Shown: one piece after another, positions 19,221 to 31,194 of the stretch
Position numbering within the stretch: the first letter of the stretch is position 1
Layout: every line of letters begins with the position of its first letter
Assembly: GCA_963744995.1 (NCBI GenBank)
Contig: CAVUWA010000005.1
Span: 256,001 to 320,000 of the forward strand
From: Candidatus Eiseniibacteriota bacterium
GTDB taxonomy: Bacteria > Eisenbacteria > RBG-16-71-46
DNA length: 64,000 nucleotides
Reading direction: 5' to 3'
Translations under genes and position numbers: made by a program
The notes under the pieces: model-generated
The model's input: only the letters and a program-made list of their open reading frames with translations
Database searches by the model: none
What the model was told of the DNA's origin: nothing

Positions 19221-20579
19221 ATGCATCGCGCTTCACACCGTACTTCCATCGTTCGGAACGCACTCCTCGCCTCGTGTCTGCTGCTGGTCGGCGCCGCGGC
19301 GAGCGCGTTCGCTCAGGGCCCGGCCCCGAGCTGCGAGATCACCGGTCCGACCAGCGTTCAGGTGGGCGAGCCGTTCTCCCTGTGCGGCATCTCGGGAGAC
19401 GGCCTGACCTACACGTGGCAGGACGCGGATGACAACGTCCTCAACCACGACCGTTGCCTGGATTTCCCGGCCGGTCTGCCGGCCCCGGGCTCGTACGACT
19501 TTCTGTTCACGATCAGCCAGGGCCCTGACTTCCTGAAGTGCCCGGTCACGATCATCGTCACCGAACCCGAAACGCCGGACTGCTCGATCAAGGACACGCC
19601 GAAGTGCGGTTCCACCGAGCTCTGCGGCCCCGACGGACTCGAGTACGCGTGGTCCGGCCCCGGTGTCGACGGTGAGACGTCGCAGTGCGTGACGGCGACC
19701 CAGAACGGCACGTACTCGCTCATGGTCACCACCCCCGGGACCAAGAACACGAACAAGTGCGAGATCACGATCGAGATCAAGCAGTGCGGCACGAACTGCC
19801 CGCGCACGGTCGGCTACTGGGGTCAGCAGGCCGATCAGAAGGACAACGGCTCGACCAAGTTCACGAAGGCCCAGGTCACGGCGATCGCCGAGTGCATCAG
19901 CGGGAAGGTCGACGTGTTCAGCGGCTGGGGCACCGGTGACGCCGCGTTCGATGCGTTCGATGCGGTGATCAATCCTGACCGGCCGATGACCTGCGAGAAG
20001 CAGGTGAAGCGTCAGCTGGCCGGCCTGCTCGCCAACATCTGCGCCACGGGCATGACGCCGTCGCAGGGCGGCGATGTGTCGCTCGACGGCTCGACCGTGA
20101 TCAGCTGCGGCGGCGAGTCGATGACGATCGACGAACTCGTCGAGGACGTGGATACCGAGCTGGCGAAGTCGGAGCCGGACTTCTGCAAGTACATCGATTG
20201 CCTCGACAACATCAACAACGGCATCGGCATCCCGCTCGACCAGAGCTGTCACGCCGATGAGCTGAAGACCGACCTGCAGCAGCGTCTCGGCAACTCGCCG
20301 CTCGGCGCCGGATCGCTGCCGACCGAGCTGTCGTTCTCGGCCTCCAACCCGGCGTCGCAGGCGAGCGTTCTGCGCTTCGCGCTGCCGGCCGACGGTCGCG
20401 TGTCGATGAAGATCTTCGACGTCGCCGGCCGTCAGGTGGCGGATCTGGGCGGCGGCTTCATGCCGGCCGGTTCGCACACCATGAGCTGGGACGTCACCGG
20501 CGTCGCGCGGGGCCTGTACTTCGCCCGCCTCGCCGTGAACGGCCAGGTGCGCACGCAGCAGATCGTGGTGTCCCGCTAG
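19221..20579 (+). CDS. Secreted Cys-rich protein with T9SS-A/FlgD-Ig-like C-terminal domain (paralogue 2)
   Basis: Signal peptide ending AFA-Q. N- and C-terminal modules are nearly identical to 17610-18815; the Cys-rich centre is unrelated. Confidence 0.8.
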   Translation: MHRASHRTSIVRNALLASCLLLVGAAASAFAQGPAPSCEITGPTSVQVGEPFSLCGISGDGLTYTWQDADDNVLNHDRCLDFPAGLPAPGSYDFLFTISQGPDFLKCPVTIIVTEPETPDCSIKDTPKCGSTELCGPDGLEYAWSGPGVDGETSQCVTATQNGTYSLMVTTPGTKNTNKCEITIEIKQCGTNCPRTVGYWGQQADQKDNGSTKFTKAQVTAIAECISGKVDVFSGWGTGDAAFDAFDAVINPDRPMTCEKQVKRQLAGLLANICATGMTPSQGGDVSLDGSTVISCGGESMTIDELVEDVDTELAKSEPDFCKYIDCLDNINNGIGIPLDQSCHADELKTDLQQRLGNSPLGAGSLPTELSFSASNPASQASVLRFALPADGRVSMKIFDVAGRQVADLGGGFMPAGSHTMSWDVTGVARGLYFARLAVNGQVRTQQIVVSR

Positions 20580-20603
20580 TCCCCGGGGGATATCCGCGGC
20601 GAA

Positions 20604-20631
20604 AAGGCGGGCCGGTTCTCCGGCCCGCCTT
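20604..20631 (+). terminator. Intrinsic terminator-like hairpin
   Basis: aaggcgggccgg-ttct-ccggcccgcctt, similar to the hairpin at 18838. Confidence 0.65.
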
Positions 20632-20683
20632 CGCTGTGTTCGGTCCGCGCCCGCTCACGCGTGCGCCGCTCATCAGGGGGAAG

Positions 20684-20719
20684 CGAAAGCGGGCCCCGCT
20701 TCGGGGCCCGTTCGTTTTC
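20684..20719. terminator. Hairpin, probable terminator of the small minus-strand ORF (possibly bidirectional)
   Basis: gaaagcgggccccg-ctt-cggggcccgttcgtttt, with A/T runs on both sides. Confidence 0.55.
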
Positions 20720-20734
20720 CTTCGAGCGCGATGC

Positions 20735-20944
20735 TCAGCTCCAGGCCGGCATCGGCTCCAGTTCTTCGACCGGCGTGTCCATCACCGGCGACACGGGAGG
20801 CGCCGGAACGCAGCGGCCCCCGTCGTCACGACGGTCGTCCGCGGAGGGCGTCCAGTGGACGCTGGTCCGTGAGGACGGATGGAAACTGGCCACACCGCGC
20901 CTGAGCGCAGCGGTCGGGAAACTCTTCAACGTGTTACGAGGCAT
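20735..20944 (-). CDS. Small hypothetical protein (69 aa)
   Basis: GGAG RBS before ATG 20944, a sigma54-like promoter upstream and a hairpin downstream. No recognisable domain. Confidence 0.5.
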   Translation of the reverse strand: MPRNTLKSFPTAALRRGVASFHPSSRTSVHWTPSADDRRDDGGRCVPAPPVSPVMDTPVEELEPMPAWS

Positions 20945-20994
20945 CTCTTTGACTCCGCTTTCTTCTGTGGGGTGGCATCCGCACGCCATGCGTG

Positions 20995-21009
20995 AGCAAC
21001 GGGCGTGCC
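20995..21009 (-). promoter_or_regulatory. Sigma54 (-24/-12) promoter-like site
   Basis: Minus strand reads GGCACGCCCGTTGCT, i.e. GG-N10-GC, matching TGGCACG-N4-TTGCW except for the leading T. Confidence 0.6.
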
Positions 21010-21351
21010 CACCCGGTGGTTGAACGATGAGTCGTCTCACATCCGTTGGATGCGTGGGGGTTCCAGGCGGTCGGCCTCAGCAGGGCCGCTGCGGAACTCC
21101 CGGTTCGCGGGCCGCGTCCGTCTCGTACCGGAGGCGCAGCGGGCGATCGCGCAGGGTGGGTGTGGAACGGCCGGTCTTCCTCGCGTCACGGAGGCCCCAT
21201 GGGCGCGGGACGCATTCCTGAAGACCGCACGCAGTGTGGCGGTTCGCCGCGTTTCCGTCAAGCGGGCCGGACCCGCGCTGTGTTCGTCCCGGATGGGGCA
21301 CAGGCCCACCGGAGTAGCGTGGGCGCCTCGCCGTCCCTATAGTGCGCGCCC

Positions 21352-24033
21352 ATGATGCCGGACCATTGGGGGTCGTACACGATCGAGCGCGAGGTCGGGC
21401 GCGGCGGCATGGGCGTGGTCTACCGCGGCGAGGATCCGCGGCTGCGCCGCCCGGTCGCGATCAAGGTGCTGCCCGACGCGTTCGCCGCCGACCCGGAGCG
21501 GCTCGCGCGCTTCGAACGCGAGGCGCGCCTGCTGGCGACCCTGACCCACCCGAACATCGCCGGGATCTACGGCCTCGAGGAGGACCAGGGACGCCGCTTC
21601 CTGGTGCTCGAGTTCGTCGAGGGCGAGACGCTGGCCGAGCGCCTCGCGCGCGGCCCCCTGCCGCTCGACGAGACGCTCGACGTCTGCCGCCAGATCGCCG
21701 CGGCGCTCGAGGCCGCGCACGAAGCGGGGGTGATCCACCGCGACCTCAAGCCCGGCAACGTGAAGCTGACGCCCTCGGGCGAGGTGAAGGTGCTGGACTT
21801 CGGGCTCGCGCGCGGGCCCGCGCCGTCGGCGGACTCCGGCGTGGACCTCACGAACTCCCCGACGGTGACGCTCGGCGCCACCGGCGCGGGGGTGATCCTC
21901 GGCACCGCGGCCTACATGAGCCCCGAGCAGGCGCGCGGACGCCAGGTGGACCGACGCACCGACATCTGGTCGTTCGGTTGCGTGCTCTACGAGTGCCTGA
22001 CCGGCACGCAGGCATTTGCCGGCGAGACCGTGTCGGACATGATCGCCATGATTCTGCAGGGCGAGCCGGACGGCTCGAAGCTGCCGAAGGACATGCCGGA
22101 AAAGCTGCGCGCCCTGCTGATCCGCTGCCTCGACAAGGACCCGCGCCAGCGCCTGCGCGACATCGGTGACGCGCGCATCGAGCTCGAGCAGCTCTCGGGC
22201 GCGCGACCCTCGAGCGGCTCGCGCCCGGCGACCACGCCGCTCTCCGGCATCACGCCGGCGCCGGCCGTGGCGGCACCGGCGCCCGCGGGGCGCCGCGGCG
22301 TGTCGTGGGCCGTCGCGGCGCTGGCTCTCGTCATCGGTCTCGCCGGCGGCGCGGCGCTCTGGGGCCTGGCCGGACCGAAACCGGAGGCGCCCGCGCTGCG
22401 CTTCGTCGTGCAGCCCCCGCCGCGCCTCGACCTCAATGGCGATCCCAACGAGCTCGCGATCTCACCGGACGGGCGCACGCTCGCACTCCTCATGGTGGAC
22501 TCCACCGGCACGGCCTCCCTGTGGCTGCGCGATCTCGACGACTTCCAGATGCGCCCCGTGCCGGACACGCGGGCGGCGTTCCTGCCGTTCTGGTCGCCCG
22601 ACGGGCGCTACCTCGGCTTCTTCGCCGACGGCAAGCTCAAGCGCGTGCGCACGGGCGGCGGCCGGCCCGAGATCATCTGCGACGCCGCGACCGGGCGCGG
22701 TGCGAGCTGGAGCCCGAAGGATGTGATCGTATTCAGTCCGGCGCCGTCGGGTCCGCTCTACAAAGTAGGCGCCGCAGGCGGCACGCCGGTGGCGGTGACC
22801 GTCGTCGACACCGCGAACGGCGAGCGCGCCCATCGCTGGCCCTACTTTCTCCCCGATGGCGAGCACTTCATCTACGCCGCGCTGCCGCCTGCGGGCGGCG
22901 AGTTCAAGTCCTGGGTGGGCTCGATCGGCTCCACCGCACGCAAGCCGCTGATCTCATCGAGCGGCTGTCCCGTCTACGCGCCCCCGGGCTACCTGCTCTA
23001 CCACCGCAACGACGCCCTGCTCGGCCAGCGCTTCGACGCGGGCCGCATGCAGACGAGCGGTGATCCGTTCCCTGTCGGCGACCCGCCTGCCAACACCTCC
23101 TATTCGGCATCGCCCGGGCTGAGCGTGTCGCAGAACGGCGTGCTGGCCTGGATCGGGGCGGGACGCACGGAGAATCGTCTCGTGTGGCGCGACCGGACGG
23201 GCCGCGAGGTCGGCACCGTGGACGTCCCGCTCGACCAGTGGGGACAGCTGTTCATCTCCCCTGACGGGACGCGCGCGCTGCTGGAACAGGGTCGCAGTCA
23301 GGCGAGCGGCGATCTGTGGACCGTGGACCTTCGCCGCGGGATCGCCAATCGCCTCACGTTCGGCGACGGGAAGAACACCATCGGCCCCTGGTCTCCCGAC
23401 GGATCGGAGGCGATCTATTCATCGACCCGCAGGGGCCCGCGCGATCTCTATCGGATCCGGACCGACGGGAGTGGTCAGGACCGCCTGTTCTACGGATCGC
23501 AGGTGCCGTTCAAGGATGCGGTCGGCTGGTCACCGGACGGACGCTGGATCGCGATGAACGAGATCAGCGACTCCACCGGCTGGAACATCTACATCCTGCC
23601 GGCGGACGGCAGCGAACGACGGCCCTGGGTGGTGACGCCGTTCGACGAGCAGTACCCCGTGGTCGCCCCCAATGGCCGCTGGGCGATCTACATCTCCGAC
23701 GTGTCGGGGACCACCCAACTCTACATGCAGTCGTTCCCGGAGCCCGGCCACCGGCAGCAGGTGACGAAGTCCGGCGCATACTTCGGATTCTGGAACCGCA
23801 ACGGCCGCGAGATCTTCGTCATTCGTCCCGACCTCACGCTGGTGTCGATTCCGGTCACATGGGGCGAGGAGCCGAGCTTCGGAACGCCGACCGTGCTGTT
23901 CCAGTTGTCGCCTCAGTTCCAGGGGCTCGACGTCACGCCGGACGGCCAGCGCTTCCTGATGACCGAGCCCGCCACGAAGACGCGGCCAGGCGTCTCGGTG
24001 GCGGTCAACTGGCGTTCCGGCGACGAGCACTGA
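21352..24033 (+). CDS. Ser/Thr protein kinase with TM segment and TolB/PD40-like beta-propeller
   Basis: GRGGMGVVY, VAIKVL, HRDLKPGN, DFGLA and GTAAYMSPEQ motifs; TM segment; repeated (W/I)SPDG blades. Confidence 0.92.
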   Translation: MMPDHWGSYTIEREVGRGGMGVVYRGEDPRLRRPVAIKVLPDAFAADPERLARFEREARLLATLTHPNIAGIYGLEEDQGRRFLVLEFVEGETLAERLARGPLPLDETLDVCRQIAAALEAAHEAGVIHRDLKPGNVKLTPSGEVKVLDFGLARGPAPSADSGVDLTNSPTVTLGATGAGVILGTAAYMSPEQARGRQVDRRTDIWSFGCVLYECLTGTQAFAGETVSDMIAMILQGEPDGSKLPKDMPEKLRALLIRCLDKDPRQRLRDIGDARIELEQLSGARPSSGSRPATTPLSGITPAPAVAAPAPAGRRGVSWAVAALALVIGLAGGAALWGLAGPKPEAPALRFVVQPPPRLDLNGDPNELAISPDGRTLALLMVDSTGTASLWLRDLDDFQMRPVPDTRAAFLPFWSPDGRYLGFFADGKLKRVRTGGGRPEIICDAATGRGASWSPKDVIVFSPAPSGPLYKVGAAGGTPVAVTVVDTANGERAHRWPYFLPDGEHFIYAALPPAGGEFKSWVGSIGSTARKPLISSSGCPVYAPPGYLLYHRNDALLGQRFDAGRMQTSGDPFPVGDPPANTSYSASPGLSVSQNGVLAWIGAGRTENRLVWRDRTGREVGTVDVPLDQWGQLFISPDGTRALLEQGRSQASGDLWTVDLRRGIANRLTFGDGKNTIGPWSPDGSEAIYSSTRRGPRDLYRIRTDGSGQDRLFYGSQVPFKDAVGWSPDGRWIAMNEISDSTGWNIYILPADGSERRPWVVTPFDEQYPVVAPNGRWAIYISDVSGTTQLYMQSFPEPGHRQQVTKSGAYFGFWNRNGREIFVIRPDLTLVSIPVTWGEEPSFGTPTVLFQLSPQFQGLDVTPDGQRFLMTEPATKTRPGVSVAVNWRSGDEH

Positions 24034-24034
24034 C

Positions 24035-24562
24035 GTGGATCGATCCGAGGGCGATCCGGGTTCGATCGCCTTTCTCGAGAGCGAGGGCTTCGAAGGGTTC
24101 CGCACCGTGGGGCAGCTGAACGCGGACCGCTGCGAGGAGATCCCGAACGTGCGGGGCATCTACGCCGTCGCGCGGGAATCGCTCGATCCACCGCGTTTCC
24201 TCGTGAAGAGCAGCGCGGCCCGCTTCCGCGACACCGATCCCACGATCCCGGTCGAAGCGCTCGAAAGACTGTGGGTGCCGGGTGCGCAGGTCCTCTATTT
24301 CGGCCGCGCGCGCGGTCCGGGCGTGCGCTCGCTGCTCAGACAGCGGGTGAAGCGCTATCTGCGCTTCGGCCACGGGCGGCACGTCGCCCACTGGGGCGGG
24401 CGGGCGATCTGGCAGCTCGGCGATCAGGCGCTGCTGCGCGTCGCCTGGAAACCGACGCCGAAGGACGATCCCGCGCGCGCCGAAGGAAGATACCAGGCCG
24501 AGTTCGAGCGGCATTACGAGGCGCTGCCGTTCGCCAACCTGAAGCGGGAGCACGACGAGTGA
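24035..24562 (+). CDS. Hypothetical protein, GIY-YIG nuclease-like
   Basis: GIY ... LYFGRA ... LRQRVKRY ... AE ... LPFAN follows the order of the GIY-YIG conserved elements. Confidence 0.55.
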   Translation: MDRSEGDPGSIAFLESEGFEGFRTVGQLNADRCEEIPNVRGIYAVARESLDPPRFLVKSSAARFRDTDPTIPVEALERLWVPGAQVLYFGRARGPGVRSLLRQRVKRYLRFGHGRHVAHWGGRAIWQLGDQALLRVAWKPTPKDDPARAEGRYQAEFERHYEALPFANLKREHDE

Positions 24563-24903
24563 GCGAACGAGACCGCGACCCGGCGCCTGCTGCACCGCCA
24601 GCGGGGGGAGGCCCGCGCGCGCGGACCGGTGCGCAGCCCAACAACCCGCTGCACGGCGTGACGCTGAAGATGATGCTCACGCACATGGTCGAACGCTTCG
24701 GGTGGGACGGTCTCGCGCGTGACGTACCGATCCGCTGCTTTCTCGTGGACCCCAGCATGACGTCGGCGCTCAAGTACCTGCGCAAGGCGCCGCGGGCGCG
24801 CCAGAAGGTCGAGGAAGTCTACGCGCGCCTGGTGACGGGGCGATCCGGCGGGTCATGCGGACGGTCCACCTCGACCAGCCGGCCTTCGCGCAGGCGGACG
24901 TGA
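24559..24903 (+). CDS. VF530 (DUF2132) family DNA-binding protein
   Basis: QPNNPLHGVTLKMML...FGWDGL...IRCF..DPSMTSALKYLRKAPRARQKVEEVY. The GTG start overlaps the previous stop. Confidence 0.8.
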   Translation: MSERDRDPAPAAPPAGGGPRARTGAQPNNPLHGVTLKMMLTHMVERFGWDGLARDVPIRCFLVDPSMTSALKYLRKAPRARQKVEEVYARLVTGRSGGSCGRSTSTSRPSRRRT

Positions 24904-26003
24904 CGCATGTGGATCCCCAGTTCCTTCTCGTAGCGTCGCACCAGCCGGACTTCACCCGGCGTCATCAGCGTCACCGCCATTCCCTTCGCCCCCGCGCGCG
25001 CCGTGCGCCCCACGCGATGCAGGTACGCCTTGCTCTGCGCCGGCGCGTCGAGGTTCACGATGTGCGTCACGCCCGCGATGTCGAGCCCGCGCGCCGCGAC
25101 ATCGGAACTGATCAGCACGCGCGCCCGCGCGGCGCGGAAGTCGTCCATCGCCTGCTTGCGGTCGCGCTTGTGCGAAGCACCATGGAGGTCCACGGCCGCG
25201 ATCTGATGATGGGCCAGCTTCGCCGCGACTTCTTCGGCCGTCCGATTGCGGTGCACGAACATGAGGGCGCGTTCCGGCTGCAGCGCGTGGAACAGCCGGC
25301 GCGCGACGTCCGGCTTGTCGCGCGCCTCGCAGACCACGTAGAGATGCTCGATGTTCTCGTTCACCGCCGCACGCCCGGTCTGCACCATGACCAGGCGCGG
25401 CGCCAGCTGCGCGATGGCCGCGGCGCTCTCCGGTTGCACGGTGGCGGATGCGAAGATCAGCTGCCTCTCTCCCGGAGCGGCCGCGATGATCGCGTGGATC
25501 GGGGCGATGCTCTCCTCGACCAGCAGGCGGTCGGCCTCGTCGATCACGATGCTGCGGACGGCCTGCATCTTGAGCCTGCGCTTCACGATCAGGTCGCGGA
25601 TGCGGCCCGGCGAGCCGACGACCACGTGCGGCCGTTTCTTGAGCTTCTCGATCTGGCGGTCCATCGCCGTGCCGCCGATCAGGAGCAGCACGCGCAGCGG
25701 CCGGCCGGCGTTCTGTGCGAGGTCGGTGGCCTGGCGCTGGATCTGGATCGCCAGCTCGTGCGTCGGCGCGATGACGACCGCCTGTGTCGCCGTCTCATTC
25801 GCGTCGAGTCCGCAGAAGATCGGCAGCAGATAGGCCAGCGTCTTGCCGGTGCCGGTTTCGGCGTGGAGGCAGGCATCCCGGCCTTCGATCAGCAGCGGAA
25901 TCGCCGCGACCTGAATGGCCGTGGGTTCGGTGATCTGCTGCCGGGCCAGCGCCGCGACGAGATCGGGGACGATGCCGAGTTCAGCGAAGGTCGCGGGCGG
26001 CAT
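24819..26003 (-). CDS. DEAD-box RNA helicase
   Basis: PTAIQ, ETGTGKT, PTHELA, DEAD, SAT, ARGLD and HRVGRTAR motifs. Confidence 0.93.
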   Translation of the reverse strand: MPPATFAELGIVPDLVAALARQQITEPTAIQVAAIPLLIEGRDACLHAETGTGKTLAYLLPIFCGLDANETATQAVVIAPTHELAIQIQRQATDLAQNAGRPLRVLLLIGGTAMDRQIEKLKKRPHVVVGSPGRIRDLIVKRRLKMQAVRSIVIDEADRLLVEESIAPIHAIIAAAPGERQLIFASATVQPESAAAIAQLAPRLVMVQTGRAAVNENIEHLYVVCEARDKPDVARRLFHALQPERALMFVHRNRTAEEVAAKLAHHQIAAVDLHGASHKRDRKQAMDDFRAARARVLISSDVAARGLDIAGVTHIVNLDAPAQSKAYLHRVGRTARAGAKGMAVTLMTPGEVRLVRRYEKELGIHMRHVRLREGRLVEVDRPHDPPDRPVTRRA

Positions 26004-26147
26004 GGAGCCTCGTGAGGGTCGGGAGAATGGAACCGGATGACAGCGGCCGGCCAACCCGGCTGCGGCGCGCGGCCGGGCGGCTGCACCGGCCCTCGAGTGG
26101 ATGGACCTCGGGACATCCCGCGGCGGGCCGGAACCGGGCGTGGCGCT

Positions 26148-26738
26148 TCAAGCGAGGTCGACCAGCGCTGCGATTTCCCTGCGCAGTTCGGGGATGGCCG
26201 TTCCCTTCTCCGAGCTGACCCAGGCCAGGTCCGCCGTGGCAAGGTTCAGGATCGACGCCACTTCCCGGCGCCGGGCCTGCTGGCGGCCGGCCTTCACGCG
26301 GTCGGTCTTGGTGGCCACCACGCGGTACGGCCGCCCGATCCACTGGAGCCACTCGATCATCTGGATGTCGAGCGCGGTGGGTCCGACCTCGGCGTCGACG
26401 AGCACGCAGACGGCGCGCAGCGTGTCGCGGCTCGTGATGTACGCCTCGAGCAGGCCTCTCCAGCGCTCCCGCTCGCGGGCCGGGCCCGAGGCGTAGCCGT
26501 AGCCCGGCAGGTCGACGATCCAGCGGTCGCCGCCGGTGAGGAAGACGTTGATCGTGCGCGTGCGGCCCGGCGTCCGCGACACGCGCGCCAGGGCCTTGCG
26601 CCCGGTGAGCGCGTTGAGCAGCGTGCTCTTGCCCACGTTGGAGCGGCCCACCAGCGCGACCTCGGCATGGCATGCGCCGAGCTGCGAGACGTCGGTGGCG
26701 GAGACCAGAAAGCGGGCATCGGTGAACGGCAGGACCAT
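26148..26738 (-). CDS. engB: Ribosome biogenesis GTP-binding protein YihA/YsxC
   Basis: GRSNVGKSTLLN, SRTPGRT, VDLPGYGYA and TKTD motifs. Confidence 0.92.
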   Translation of the reverse strand: MVLPFTDARFLVSATDVSQLGACHAEVALVGRSNVGKSTLLNALTGRKALARVSRTPGRTRTINVFLTGGDRWIVDLPGYGYASGPARERERWRGLLEAYITSRDTLRAVCVLVDAEVGPTALDIQMIEWLQWIGRPYRVVATKTDRVKAGRQQARRREVASILNLATADLAWVSSEKGTAIPELRREIAALVDLA

Positions 26739-26888
26739 GGGCGCACCATACGCGAGTGGAGGCCGCGCTGCTGAAGGGCCGGCTTGTGTGCGCATGGCGT
26801 CCTCCGTCAGAGTGGGGGACGCCGTTCCATCTGATCCGGACGATTTCCTCGTCCTGGAAGACCAGAATCCTCGTGGGAGGCACCGCCG

Positions 26889-29771
<2,883 letters not shown>

Positions 29772-29833
29772 GCGGCCGCCGCCCGCGCGTTCGCGCTCGC
29801 GCGGCACGCACCGGCGTCCGACACACGAGCGGC

Positions 29834-30784
29834 CTAGGAGGTGCCGAGGCGCTCCAGCGCCGCGTGCGACACCATCGCATGCACGCCGCGGACGCCGTTG
29901 ACGATCTGAGTCACGTGCAGATCGACGACCAGCGACGACAGTGCGAGCGCTTCACGCCTGCCGCAGGCGAGGCGCTCATCGAGCAGATCGAGCATGTCGG
30001 AAAGCGCCATGGCGGTGGCCTCGTCGAGGTCCTCGTGGAAGCCGAATGTGATCCAGCCGCGCGGCGCGTTCGCACGCGGCCGTGCGAGCTGCAGATCGGG
30101 CCGGAGGCGGAACTCCAGTTCGGCCGCCTCCATCGGGCACTCGAGCGCGGGCCCGGCCACTTCGCCGTCGCCCTGGACCGCGTGGCCGTCGCCGGCCGAG
30201 AACAGCGCGCCATCCACCGGAATGGGAAGATAGAGCGTGCTGCCCTCGACGAGCTCCTTGCAGTCGATGTTGCCTCCGCAGGGCCGCGGTGGCGAAGTCG
30301 GGTGCCGCCCCGGCTCATCGGGTGGCATGCCCATGATTCCGAGGAACGGGCTCAGCTCGACGGTCCGCCCGCCGGCGTCACGGCCCGTTCGCGTGGCGGC
30401 GTCCAGCGCCCAGCGCACGGGGAGTTTCGGTGGTCCCTCGAGGCCGAGCTTCACGTTCCAGTCGCTCGGATACCCGCCGGCAGAGGTCCAGCCCCACGTG
30501 CCCACGCGCAGATGGATCACGCGCACCTCGAGCGCCATGCCGGTGCGGGCGCCCTGGATCCATACCGGCCCGCACAGGGCGTGGCCCGGATCGCGTTCGG
30601 CATCGCGGCCCGGAAACGGCGCCGCGGGCGCGAACGGGTCCGCGTGATCGAGGCTTCCCCATGCCACGTCGAGCGTGCGGAAGCGGACCCGGTCGCCGGG
30701 CTCGATCGTCAGGACGGGCTCGAGTTCGCGGGAGAAGTGACCGTGCAGCGTAGCGAGCGTGGGTTCGAGCACGTGCGTCTTCAC
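29834..30784 (-). CDS. Acetamidase/formamidase family protein
   Basis: GHALCGP, PFLGIMG, GGNIDCKEL, and FSAGDGHAVQGDGEV..ALEC motifs. Confidence 0.9.
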   Translation of the reverse strand: MKTHVLEPTLATLHGHFSRELEPVLTIEPGDRVRFRTLDVAWGSLDHADPFAPAAPFPGRDAERDPGHALCGPVWIQGARTGMALEVRVIHLRVGTWGWTSAGGYPSDWNVKLGLEGPPKLPVRWALDAATRTGRDAGGRTVELSPFLGIMGMPPDEPGRHPTSPPRPCGGNIDCKELVEGSTLYLPIPVDGALFSAGDGHAVQGDGEVAGPALECPMEAAELEFRLRPDLQLARPRANAPRGWITFGFHEDLDEATAMALSDMLDLLDERLACGRREALALSSLVVDLHVTQIVNGVRGVHAMVSHAALERLGTS

Positions 30785-30842
30785 GCGAAACTCCCGGCCA
30801 CGGCGCGTGCCGGGGACGCCCGTTCCCGGCACGCAGGAAGGT

Positions 30843-30917
30843 TGGAGGCGGCACCCGGATTCGAACCGGGGAATAAGGGTTTTGCAGACCCTCGCCTTAC
30901 CACTTGGCTATGCCGCC
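30843..30917 (-). tRNA. tRNA-Cys (GCA)
   Basis: GGCGGCATAGCCAAGTGGTAAGGCGAGGGTCTGCAAAACCCTTATTCCCCGGTTCGAATCCGGGTGCCGCCTCCA folds as a cloverleaf with GCA anticodon, TTCGAA T-loop and encoded CCA. Confidence 0.97.
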
Positions 30918-31194
30918 ATCCTGTTCTGCCGCGGGTGCTTGACGATCTGACCGAGCACCCGTGAAAGGGCGGGTAAGTTACCACCCCCCTTGCCGCAGCA
31001 ACAAGTGGCGCACGGTGGCGGCCGCGCCCGCAGAGCGGTTCTTCCAGCCCTTTCGAGGCCGTCGCTACGCTATGATTCTTCGGCGCGATCCTTCGCGAAG
31101 GTCCGATCCGGGCCATGCGGGCGTGTCCTGCCTGCCGCCCGGACGCCAGGACGGGCCTTCAGCGAGCATCATGTGTGCGACCGGGAGGTGTCCA

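Noticed and set aside
30843..30917. tRNA-Cys as the attachment site of an integrated element
   Set aside because: No integrase in the window, and I saw no duplicated tRNA 3' end.
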